From Amphiscolops sp. MND2022 (taxonomy: Eukaryota), in NCBI GenBank assembly GCA_964187785.1, contig OZ076413.1:42100001-42164000 (forward strand): a stretch of DNA of 64,000 nucleotides. The letters run 5' to 3'. The notes under the pieces were generated by a model. The model was not told the DNA's origin and searched no databases. It saw only the letters and a list, made by a program, of their open reading frames with translations. Each line of letters starts with the position of its first letter. The first letter of the stretch is position 1. Position numbers and translations under genes: made by a program. Below, one piece after another: positions 29,701 through 38,216 of this stretch.

Positions 29701-32700
29701 AAACTAACAATGATGATCTGCTGCCTGGCAAACGTTAGGACAACACAACCAATACTCCACCTTTTTCACTTTAGACGCATAGTCCTGGCTGTGTGGGTGC
29801 GTCGTCAAAAAGCGTGCTTGTGTGGTTGGTCATACATACAGATGAAGGTTGCGCTTTAGCAACTGGATTCAGTGTTAGTTTTGCATAGGTGGTTCCGACG
29901 GGAATTCACCTTTTCCAATGAACTAAACTTCCAAACAAAAAACCAAGCTCTAAAAGCTAACAAAACACCGGTAAGAACAAGAACTTACCTACTCCTGAAA
30001 ACAATGAACGCCCGGCCCCTTAAAACGTATCCTAAGATGCGAAAGACTCGCCTCAATAGGGAAAAGATTAACGAGTACGCGGCCCCAAAAAGCTACTTGA
30101 CGACGAGACCTGAACATGTCCATCCTTCTCAGCCTAACAAATTAGTAACACTGCAGTTAACATAACATAAGAACGCGCGATCTTGCCGACACACATCACG
30201 TATGATGACGTCCCAGGACACACATCAACGATGATGAGGTCGAGTTCACAGGAACGCTACATGTAATATATCGAAACACACTAAAATACATGAAAATTAG
30301 TCCTTACGAACATTAACATAAACCTTACATGCACACCTAAAAAGTCATGCATCAAACCAAGGATACACTACTTGGAATTTCGGTCTTTGAAATGAGCGAC
30401 CTGCTCAGTCACGTACCTCGCGGCGCGGTGCTAAGGACCGAAGGCCACAGTCACCCTGTCTCGTTACCATCATCGAGCATTCACTAACAACGAATAGGAG
30501 GACTTGACTTTCGAGTACCATGCACGGCACAGCTTGGCACGTGAACAATTTTTATGTTGGTGGTTACCGCGGTGACCACCATAACCAATACGAAACCTTC
30601 CATGAAATTCGCAAACAACGACATAACAATTAAGACGTAAGTTTACATGAAATCATAGCGAGGTATGGGTGACCCCATACACACACTTAAGAACGACAAA
30701 GCTAGCCTAGCATCAAGCAGAAATGTAAAAACAAAAAACATCAGGAGTCAGCAGAAGCGCCATACAATTTTAAGTCGCATGTAACACGACAAAAAACTAC
30801 CCCTAGAATAGCTTAGACTAACGAACAAAAACGACAAGTACATCCAGTCATCACAACATAACGAAAAAATTTCTTTCCTTTTTGGACACATGCAGAACTA
30901 GCGAAAAATCCACTTGTGACGCCTTCGAAGCCTAGTACTAAGGAAAAATAACAGTACTGCGGTGATAGCATCCACCAAAACTCAATTACCAAAAGAGCTG
31001 AATACTAATAAACTACAGTACCGAAATGAGACAAAGTGACTAATTACAAAAACAAACCAAGGGGAATATATATCAGCAAACACAAAGAAGTTGGCAAAAA
31101 AGTTTACAGAGTTACTACTAATACTCCTTTGAGTAGGAGGATCCATCCTCGTTGCTAGTTTCTTCGATAGTAAAAGAGCGCCGACGCGTCTGCCCTGCCC
31201 CTTCGCTGATGTGCGCCAATGTTTTCCGTCCTTTTTTATCGGGACGCCCTCCGGTTCTTTGGCCTCGACTACCTCCCTGCTCAGACGACTTCGAACTTGC
31301 AGCCTTCCGTTTCGATCCCGATGGACCCGGGGCAGGAGTTGACACGACAACCTCAGTCTGCAGACGTGGCATCTGAGCTGCAGAGCGATTCACTTTAGCT
31401 GGACTTCGGCGACTGACGACAGGACTGGACTCCAGTGATCTCAGTTGATCACAAACAGCTGATCGGTAGTCATCGACAACAGGCCGAGACGGGAGACCCC
31501 CAGTTGATTCCAGAACTGCAATTGACCGACTGAGCAGTTCATCTGCATCACGTTTGACCAACTGATCCCACGGGATAGACCGAACACTGTCATTCACCCG
31601 GGAAGCCTGCATATCCGTGGAGTTACAATGACGGACAAAGCCAATCATTGAGAGACGGGAATGTCCGACAAATCCGCTCGACATCCAGCTCCTCACGAGA
31701 TGCAAACTGGATAGCATGATGCCTTTCTCCAGCACTGTACTTCCGACATCACAAAAATCGATTCGATAATCATCATGCAGCATCCCGACGAACAGAACCT
31801 CGATGACGCCACGCAACTCTGGGCACCGGTCCCATGAGGGGTTCGACAGCCATAAGGAAACGGCATCTTCGATAACCGGCACAGTTGCGACGATCGATTC
31901 CCACCGGCGTTGGAAGTAACTAACTGCTTCTCAGTACTGCTGCACGATAATAGCTCCATTATCCCCACTACACAAGTCCCCGAAACTGAGGACGGACAAC
32001 GTACCCACTAAGAGGTCTGTCAGGCGATCCATAGAACAGGACTGTATGGCACAAGGATCGAAGGGCAGTAGGCTAAGGTGTCTCACCCACCCCTGGTCGA
32101 AGTCAGCAACACATGCCTCACAAACAGAGCGCAGGAAGTTTTGTACCTCTTTGTAGAAAAAAGGCTTTTGGCTACTGATGTCCCAACGGAAATACTGCCC
32201 AAACAAGGCCTGATAACGTGCCTTGTCAACAGGGACGCTCTCACTGATCTTCAGCTTCAGGACAGCCAAGACCTCGAACTCTGGCGGGATCGTCTCGGGA
32301 TTGACCACCATTGACAACAAAACTCGCAAAAAGGCTGCCAGCTCTCTCTCGAACCAGAGATTACGGTCCCTGCCACTGCTGCACAGCCGAGGGCACTTCG
32401 CTACAACTAAAACACAAAATCGATTATCAACCAACGTGCCGACAACTCACACACACCCACGTAAGAACCAGGATGCCAAGACCGAACTGAACAAAGGACA
32501 CACAAGAACCCTCACAGAAACAACCAAAAACAAGAACGAATAAACATCAATACTAACCAGTCTCCGCTAGAAACTTCAGGACAGCAAAGCGGGGTCGCGT
32601 CATAGCGTCATTGAAAACCTGGGTTTCCATGCTCGCAATGTTCGACGTCTCAGCACTAGTGTTCGCCCGATGGACCCCAAAGTACGCCCCCAGGTCATCC

Positions 32701-35700
32701 CACCGCTCGACCAACTCCGCACTCAGTGTAGACAACTCCCGAAACTGATTGACGCCACCACGCACGAACTAAAACAGTGATATCAGGAAAATTAAACCAA
32801 TAAACCACACAGCAAGAAACAACACACCACTAATTACTCAAGCCATGAAGAAGCAAAGTAGACCTCCACCTTCGACCCCCCCCTCCTACAAGAAAGAAGC
32901 AGACCAACCAACATAACATAAAGCAAAATGAACCAACCTCGCGTAGTCCAGGCATATTATCGAAGGCCGAGTCTTCAATCACCGCTGCCAATCGAAAACG
33001 AAAGTATTCTAGAATGCTGAATGGTTCCAGCCCACTCGATTCCTCAATGAATTTTCGACGCAACAGATCTGTGAGCCACTCAGCATCGAAACGACGGGTG
33101 ACAAGAGGCATAGCTGGATGCGCAACACTGGCAAGGGCACGTCCCAAACGTAGATTCCCGCCCACACTCACTGCAGCTAGACCTCGGTATGACTCCACAC
33201 AAGACAGCAGAGACATCACGACCTTGAGAAGGGATCGTTCCCACTCGCTCCCGCCCGGGATCACGGCCAGCACAACAACTTTCACTGACAGTCCATCAAA
33301 AATATGGCAATCCAGCCTCCGCATAGCCCCATCGACGTGGACATGTAGCCCAAAGCGCACCCCTGAGGACAGCAGGTCACCAAGCTTCTCAACCACAAAC
33401 GGATATAATCCGTACAAGACAAGACTCTAAAACAAAAAACAACAATGATACACCCTATCAATCACGCAACCATCCAACAACAACACACAAACAAGCAAAA
33501 TACAACACAACACCTAGCTGTAGAAGAAACGCAAGACAACAACAAAGAAAAGGTATTACCTGACACTTAGGGTATGACAGTGCACGCTCAGCAAACTCGA
33601 CTTCACCCCGCATACTGCCTGACCATGACTCGACGAAGCGGGTCACACTGGCAAAGTCACGCAACTCCACAAAACCATTAATGAAGCAGCATAGCCAAAG
33701 GTATGCTGCACTCGTCTCAGCCAATTTCGGTTTTGCGCCAGCAGCCTCCTCCTCGATCTCGATGGCCACGCGCTCCTCAACGGTCAATCTAAACTCGGAC
33801 TCCAGAATGACAGGGGGCTCCGACATTCTTTCTGCCCGGATCCTCCGGTCCTCCTCTACTGAAACAGGCCTGCACGACTTGTCCAACAGGGGCCTATTGG
33901 ACATGATACGAAAGCGCTGCTCGAGGCGAGTGTGCTCTCGCCCCTTCCAGTGGTCCCACAAGTTGTGGAGCCCACGTCCCGCAATGCTGAGGTCTACCCG
34001 GCACAAACGACATCTAGCATAGCCATCGATGACGCGCTTGTGTCTTGGGAAACCAACAAAGGTCCCCACGACGCCGGAGACAAAGAAGGACGGCTTTAGC
34101 GTCTTGATCGCACGTTTTCGCCCTGTAAATACAAGAAATACCAATTGAAATAACATCAATAACACCCGTTAGAAACTTACAAAAACTCCAAAGAAAAAAC
34201 AAAAAAAAACTGTGTTTGTACTTAGTCCTTAGTTAACTACCAACCCCCCCCCCCCAAATTACTACTAAAACCCCCTCGCATGATCTTGTGAGATTCATTA
34301 CCAGGTTTTGAAGTCGTCGCAACGCCAGAGGAAGATGGAGCACAAGATGGAGCCACACTCCGTTCACCGAAGTCTGATGGCGGCACGTCCGAGTCCACAC
34401 ATGTCCGGCGACTCTCAAATCCAGCTACACTGCCAGCGACAGATGACGAGCGCGGAAGAACATCACCCACACAAGGAGAGAATGACGATTGACCGAGTTC
34501 CTGCAGTGCCCCCTTCAGTTTTCCAAGGAACTCCTCAACGGCGAGAGCACCCACCGTTCCTAGCTTGCCAAGGCTTGATTCAACAGCTGCCTTGACCCAC
34601 TGTTGAATTTCACGTTCCACACGTTGGAACAACTCCGTGAACTGGCCCACAATGACGTCAGCCCGAACGTTGGCATCTACAAAGCAACCAACAATTTTCA
34701 GCACCTACTTAGAACCGAACGAACGAAGACGCCTATCATCAACTGAGTAGAGAACAGCAACCGTATACTGCAGGCGCTGGTATGGAAGAAGACCCCCCCA
34801 ACATATAACTTAGCTTAACAGTAAACGCAAATGCACCCACCGAGATGCGAAGAGAGGAAAGCATCCAAACGACGCAAGATGGGAGCAGAATCCAAATCAG
34901 CACTCCCGGAGGACCCAGTAGCCACGGAAGATCGAAACTGACGCAAGTAGGAGACTAACTCGGTCATGTTGACATCAGCTACAAAAATAGTGAACAGTCT
35001 CAACAACAGAGATGACATAGACGCTCCAGTTGTTCTGGGATCAGCATCCACGGAACGCAACCCCACGACAGAATAACTCAGGCCTAGCGCTTATGGAGAA
35101 AGTAAATGTAAAACCAGTACTTACCAAATTCCTGGGAAAGCACGACATCCAACAAGCAACCCAGATCCCCAACGTTTGACGCAGAAACCCGCGCAGCGAA
35201 CTGGCAACACTGATTGTTCTCCATCAGCACTGCAGATAAATCCAGTCCACTCCCACTCTCATCTAACGGGGGATTACCTGCAGCCATTTGGTCCTCGACT
35301 TCAGCAACTAATGCAGAGAGCTCACCACTAACTGACATTGTCGGAGCGATAAGGTAACACACGACACGATCGGGGATAACAATAAAATGGCGACGGCGAC
35401 TCGACTGCAACAGCTCATTCTTCCATTTCTTATTGTTATAGACTGATCACCTATATCAATATATAATGGACACCTAACCCACCCTATCAAACGGTCTACC
35501 CAAGTAATTACCGGACATTCGCGGAATCATATTCACGACTCCACCCACAGGATATCAAATGCTAATCAGCAGAGAGAACGCAGTCAAGTTTTCCCTAGCC
35601 ATAACAGTACATATATTCCCTCCCGAGTTAACCGCCTAATCGATACCCGGAAAATACAGGACTAACTGGGAAAAACAAAAATCGCACTACCTTTATTATT

Positions 35701-37749
35701 GTGGAAGAATGAGCAACACCAACGGTTGACAAAACGAAGATGGATAAGGACAAGTATAAACAGGACCAAATTCAATTTTCAAAGCAATAAAGCCAGCAAC
35801 TGACTCACTCTACAACAACGCAACAAATCAATCAACTGCCGATGATCGATGAAAAGTTGCTTAAACAAACATTACACTCTATGCGCACTAAACGGATGAC
35901 GTGGCTGTCAAACTGTTACTATAAATAAACTTCAACTTCCGACTACCCACTGTTTGCCTACCTAACCTTGTCCATTCATGCTTCCGAAAGTCTCAGCCAC
36001 TACATTGCCACCCACACGTTCTTCCATACCTCGCACGCCACTTCAGCCGCTGTTCAATTCTCAACTCAACCACCTACTACCACTCAACTCAGTCGTTCAC
36101 CTTTCCCATTACCCCTACAGCTCGCTCTCTCTCAAAAAGGGGGGGAATGTCATGCCTGCCAAGCATGAAGGAAATAAATGAACCCTAAAATACCAATTCA
36201 TACATCAAACTCCCTAAAATACAAATCATCATGTAAATACATTACAGTAGTTTAATTGCCGAACAATACAGTTGAACACATAACGACTGAAACCAACAAT
36301 CATCCATTCATGTTATTGTGCATCGTTTAAACATCCATTCATGTTATTGTGCATCGTTTAAACATCCATTCATGTTATTGTGCATCGTTTAAACATCCAT
36401 CCATGTTATTGTGCATCGTTTAAAAACCAGGACTGGAATATCCAGTCATTGCAGATGATTTATACATATACGACTGAAACAATCAGTCATCAGCTATCGT
36501 GATAGTGCATCATTTAACCATTGTTTTTTACACTTTTTATATTACATGTAAAGTATTACTAGAATACTCAATCATTTCACAACATTTCGTCTATTTATAT
36601 CAGTAATTAGTGCAGTATCCATTAGTAAATTACTTCAAAACGATATTTAAAGCAGTCACTATGATGATAAGGATACACGGTAGTAAAGCCTCAGTTTAAG
36701 AGGTAATTGAGTTAATCGAACACGGAAATGACTGGTGCTTGCGGTCATACTACATCAAACAAGAGTAATTAAACACCTATTATCACCCGCGACGACTGGT
36801 AGTTGCAGTCGTCAAGTGCAATTAAACAACAATTAGTAGATTGAACGTCATTGGCTAAAAGGAAAGGTGCTAACACACTTTTATAATTACTCAATCGGGC
36901 AATACCGAAAACACACGAATTGTAACTTCTGACGAGACAAGTTGCTTACTACCGTACCTTGAAATCATCAATTCTTACTTAAACCTAACACACTTCAATT
37001 CAAACTTAAAGTCTCCAACCTCTTTATGGTAACTACCAGATCTCAAAGTAATCAAAATAGACAGACAGAAAACGGAACTATGGACAGGTCAAGCGATAGT
37101 GAAAGCGAAACTAGTTTCCCTGATGTCTTATCGAGAGACCAAATTGCAGACCTTGACTCTGAGGACGTATTAACCAGGCGACAGAATAACAATAACTATG
37201 ACATAGATCATCGGTTTAACGAAATAAATAGACAAATCGGAGACCTTACGGACATTGTACTTAGTTTAACTAATCAGTTAGCCTCCGTTAATGGAGAAGG
37301 GAACAGACTTAATGCGGTTACTACCAATACCAACAGTCGTTCCGACAGTGTGTAAGCTACGTTAATGAATATTGATACGTTTGAAATTGACACGATCATG
37401 AAAAACTCCTTTAAAATCATGTGCTTCTCAGATCTTTCTTGAGAAATAGTAAAATTGGGAAGGTGTTTTGCAAATCTGCCGAGCTCAATAATAGAGGGGT
37501 CCCAATTGTCATTTTCATGTCAAGGGTGTCCATTTTTAGATCAGGGCAGTGCTAGGGACACCGATAATTACGCATTACATAGCAATTCATTCGACCAATC
37601 AGAATGCTTCTTTCAGAAACGAGGAACCAGTGAGGTGCTCGGAGAAGAGTGAGTGGGGACTCAAAGGAGCAAAGTTGGAGAACTTCAGAAGCTTATCGAC
37701 CAAGCGCTGTCCAGACGTTTCGCTGGAACTCGAGACCAGCGCTCTTTGA
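8786..37749 (+). CDS. Secreted leucine-rich-repeat protein, ~372 aa, 7 exons: 8786-8967, 10155-10366, 11708-11921, 12347-12455, 12638-12737, 13349-13517, 37617-37749
   Basis: All six junctions are GT..AG and phase-compatible (the donor at 12456, GTTACA, is weak). Signal peptide MKDLRPSVFFSVFLIVAITTRTSLA, then a Cys-rich N-cap. LRR motifs: ILDLSGNGI, VLYMSKNKLTKIP, EIWLDSNEISDL, FINLR|NNKY, LQILDLGSN, LERLYVPES. LRRCT-like IDC|TCP...VRC...RCP. No TM segment. Extra exons inside the 24-kb last intron cannot be excluded. Confidence 0.8.
10610..11311. mobile_element. Helentron/HINE-like element, family A
   Basis: acaaGCCGGgaCCGGCccaAGTCGGCGC ... internal tandem units ... aaGCGCCGACTaaaa. Confidence 0.65.
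13731..14595. mobile_element. Helentron/HINE-like element, family B, containing a 172-bp tandem repeat (~3.5-4 units)
   Basis: Hairpin CCGCAtgTGCGG followed by AGGAGTCGG. The far end has a duplicated ~52-bp unit ending agtcgaaaattttttCCGACTCCTaaaa. The motif aagtcgaaaaatggc recurs every ~172 bp. Confidence 0.6.
15411..15990. mobile_element. Helentron/HINE-like element, family A
   Basis: acaAGACGggaaCGTCTaaAGTCGGCGC start; agtcgggcatttttcctttaaaggaaaatgcaccaact end. Confidence 0.6.
18100..18704. mobile_element. Helentron/HINE-like element, family A
   Basis: Same termini as the other family-A copies. Terminal hairpin agtcgggcacttttccctagaaaagcgccgact. Confidence 0.65.
20787..21262. mobile_element. 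Helentron/HINE-like element, family A
   Basis: acaagccgggaccggcccaagtcggcgcc ... aaaagcgccgact. Confidence 0.65.
22029..23228 (+). repeat. 5' LTR (1200 bp)
   Basis: tgtcatgcctgcc...cagtcgttccgaca. Same sequence as 36148-37347 (offset 14119); no mismatch seen by eye. Confidence 0.97.
22182..22305 (+). repeat. 4 x 31-bp tandem repeat in LTR (also 36301-36424)
   Basis: Unit catccattcatgttattgtgcatcgtttaaa; the fourth copy has one substitution. Confidence 0.95.
22907..24445 (+). CDS. gag: Gag (512 aa), starting inside the 5' LTR
   Basis: Retrotransposon capsid-like region (VPLFKG...LNYFQSLLRDDAIEFW). Two CCHC knuckles: CRYCAIYGHKWAEC and CQICGYTGHSAKDC. Confidence 0.93.
   Translation: MVTTRSQSNQNRQTENGTMDRSSDSESETSFPDVLSRDQIADLDSEDVLTRRQNNNNYDIDHRFNEINRQIGDLTDIVLSLTNQLASVNGEGNRLNAVTTNTNSRSDMVTGVSNSRPSGSRTTPPSGTPRSDASIPQLTDVMTEIHHLRSTMGETLTQPKILQTQVPLFKGNRDKYNEFEHLLLNHLRPHAHKLTEEQKLNYFQSLLRDDAIEFWQTLPITTETTLRDILTAFKKEYAKEELSEVSKFKFDQLRYDPTTESFSTFLANYKKIAKQAYGDKAQEIVQTFLFAKLPIQLQNELAIAGKHNASIEDIKTFVQRRCQYAQLLPNQQLLQPFNQAIQTQEVPNKPVTQKRNENERPPTKKKFDGNCRYCAIYGHKWAECRKRQRDEAAGNSNSQAQKKPEQQNNNHAETQPKYNAKLVCQICGYTGHSAKDCRYRIPQTSAYGSVPYNRQTTTENRDFRRDFRRAQNSPYPTNEMNEFTPGEQQHQTNDEYYQQDFTEASSSQPKNF
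23229..23241 (+). promoter_or_regulatory. Primer-binding site, tRNA-Leu-like
   Basis: TGGTGACAGGAGT directly follows the LTR end. It resembles the complement of eukaryotic tRNA-Leu 3' ends (recalled as TGGTGTCAGGAGT, one mismatch). tRNA identity is tentative. Confidence 0.7.
24427..29253 (+). CDS. pol: Pol polyprotein (protease, RT, RNase H, integrase with GPY/F), expressed by frameshift
   Basis: Protease LLDTGA. RT LVDLRRIN, KLDCSQAYH, YVDD. RNase H CDAS, AADYLSR. Integrase LHDDPLQGH..CQDC, IDLVG, TDKG, VERSH, WEGPY. Uninterrupted ORF (track start 24481 is a GTG). Confidence 0.97.
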   Translation, partial: PAKKLLKPRHSTDHYNNKVRNTNNYYYTKNYKNRATDLRQDQKPMTPTTHETTNNEANSPSEPTEVILQPTEDRQHSNLTMTTDCTRKTTNRKKDVAIQVLTATLQLNKKDKMLYVPLQFRAYENHGLLDTGAIRSAMSEDELRRILSAHPAALLEEYPAPDFKIQIANGSIVPVRKQVLLRFFIGGKVFEETFMILPTMGNILIGMSFFKKYSVTLDLANNVVKFPDITLQLKPERGRYKVQMLELRTSQKIVVQPDHQIMVPVIAEKDLGTIQGTVETFPAFERKTQLLVSPALTQITEMKSHVQITNLTCHTITLNPNTTVATFRIMTPNQAKNLQPMSNEQLTLITKYPDEADNVLNQLFQEPGTETNRRWYPTSETCDDPSKLNRIERRIYDEITKLREEEKLDPTADDKQRKEFLANFKWENSILNEHERQQIENLLVKYNNVFARHRLDIGINTDFKIKLTPKHDEPVYAQSLPTPTNLKDDLLVELALMQEYGIITTLPYSKYSSPIFAQRKPNGKLRILVDLRRINHLLKNDYNQHNHPVTTIADAAQHMAGKKYFCKLDCSQAYHCLQMADEQSIQLLAFNFGSRTFAYLRLAQGLNRSLSAFNSTVREYVDALVKADKCAQYVDDIGIAAHTVDELLSNIEAVFQQIQKAGLKLSMAKCAFGHPQIDFLGRSITSKGVAPLEDKIDDFLKKIKLPTSVKSLQRYIGFVQFYRQYIPRLAEKLTPLYKLLQKDVKFQLNQQHKDIIFEINENLAKAAKLSLRLPLPDKQLVIMCDASEHAAGYVLLIEDYTETNDGPMKTYAPVSFGSQRFTEGQMSLTMYAKEFLAMHFAFDEFAHILWGVKKPTIVMTDNKALIRFFQSKRIPPKLWNYCDQTLQFEFVLAHVPGTENPAADYLSRLDIRPEERIHLKLNDEIPVFHVEIDLASRTPKQDEEEEEYIPDDQQTTTTKQNEAINAILDQVPMCSDESSGQFRERIETIRHQITPIITGQHDEMTFTRFRRKLHDNVVNQVCPNGEFQIIQDQLVNLDIQRMIRILNQKETLPNHVNFESQFFQKLVKNKKRLEVVNNVLYRNFFDGTGKIKCKQIVTPTETIQKIIQSLHDDPLQGHPGCNKMLHELRKRYYSPNLSELVLQYVSNCQDCIRSKPIRKAAITPPLQQIYDPCNGPEDILEIDLVGELPPSNGFTHILTACDYFSRYLFAIPIRKPDTKSVVEALMQIFTQHSYVPKTILTDKGSTFTAQLFNSLMESAGIKIAHASVKHPQTVGMVERSHQRLKQILKINISADSPQWHKYVNMAVMAHNTTYHQAIRCTPTEIFHGRVPFNALDVKFGNPLTEQRNTTDVTGILDNMNKKFQQTHDNIIEAFHKYKNYYDRKAQASPLKVNDFTFLLNKRLSQQSDKIPFKEFKWEGPYKVVKVLSNSNYIIRKIGTLRTQCVHRMRLRPFTPNAPIEDIQDNSSQYFEDPDALNEQELFDNHLPNPAHEQPQHAIPEQSDFEELQADHGMIYYERQSIEPDQNISIPESQAETQVPQPDTVTSNNSETNNNKYQTNDRPPPTSRHTMSRYGLRHNPKPTTYPDFLMHELHGTPSLQQLLLKNRNL
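24433..24439 (+). promoter_or_regulatory. -1 ribosomal frameshift heptamer A AAA AAC
   Basis: Lies in gag frame just before TTC TGA. The -1 frame opens only after the TAG at 24424-24426 and runs without stops into pol. Confidence 0.85.
31118..35338 (-). CDS. Spliced antisense accessory gene, BED-finger / degenerate hAT-transposase-like, ~1171 codons; exons 35338-35125, 35083-34841, 34808-34302, 34122-33560, 33426-32938, 32768-32558, 32406-31118; two in-frame stops in this copy
   Basis: Six GT..AG introns (41, 32, 179, 133, 169, 151 nt) join the minus-strand ORFs in frame; exon total is 3516 nt. The exon-3 acceptor is the least certain. Motifs: ARCRLCRVDLSIAGRGLHNLWDHWKGREH, LSYPKCQSLVLYGLYPF, LVERWDDLGAYF, LLPFDP, DAVSLW..CPEL. 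TAG at 34705-34707 and TGA at 31931-31933 interrupt the frame. Confidence 0.8.
36134..36147 (+). promoter_or_regulatory. Polypurine tract
   Basis: AAAAAGGGGGGGAA immediately before the TG of the 3' LTR. Confidence 0.95.
36148..37347 (+). repeat. 3' LTR (1200 bp), includes a copy of the first 107 Gag codons
   Basis: Direct repeat of 22029-23228. ORF 37026-37355 is the Gag N-terminus reading out into the TSD/flank. Confidence 0.97.
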
Positions 37750-38216
37750 AACCAGCCAGTCAAGAGCGGATAGAAGGATCCAAAACAAAAGATGCAGGGG
37801 CTCCTAGACCTTAATTTGACTACACTTCTGCAGTGTAATTTAGGCAAAACTAAAACATTGATTCAAGTTATTTTTATTGATTATTAGTTTGGGGAATGGA
37901 AATATATTTAACTAAAGCGTTTGCCTGAATCGGGGGAACTTGATTAAATTTCATTTACCAGGTCTCAAAAATTTACCCTCCAAAAATTGTTGATCAATCC
38001 GACGAGATGAAGTAGGTCTCGAAAAAAATCCTTTAAAAGTAATTGGATGAGAACATAATTTTAAGTTATGTTCTCAAAGCTTATTGCCTTTTCATGCAAT
38101 TTCTTGAAATAAAACTGATTTCCATTGACAGTTCTTATTACATTAAAGAACAATTTTGTAAAAAGTCTTTTCAAATTCAAAAAAATCTTGAAACGAACTT
38201 TCATCTATTGAAGTGA

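Larger units (their letters stand above)
22029..37347 (+). mobile_element. Full-length Ty3/Gypsy LTR retrotransposon, 15319 bp, with antisense accessory gene
   Basis: TGTC...GACA-bounded direct repeats; GTGTG TSD at 22024-22028 and 37348-37352; PBS and PPT present; gag, then pol in PR-RT-RH-IN order. Confidence 0.98.

Noticed and set aside
30181..30280. Hammerhead ribozyme (tgatga motifs)
   Set aside because: Lacks the CUGAUGA core with correctly paired stems and GAAA.
32830..32890. Extra micro-exon in intron 5 of the antisense gene (TTGTAG acceptor)
   Set aside because: Using it introduces a stop, whereas direct 32938-to-32768 splicing keeps the frame.
31118..35338. Active hAT transposon recently nested in the retrotransposon
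   Set aside because: No TIR pair or 8-bp TSD noticed around the gene, catalytic motifs are degenerate, and base composition matches the A/C-rich + strand of the host element. Not formally excluded without sibling copies.
29254..36133. env gene in the post-pol region
   Set aside because: No long + strand ORF and no signal-peptide/TM pattern. The coding signal is on the minus strand and is spliced.
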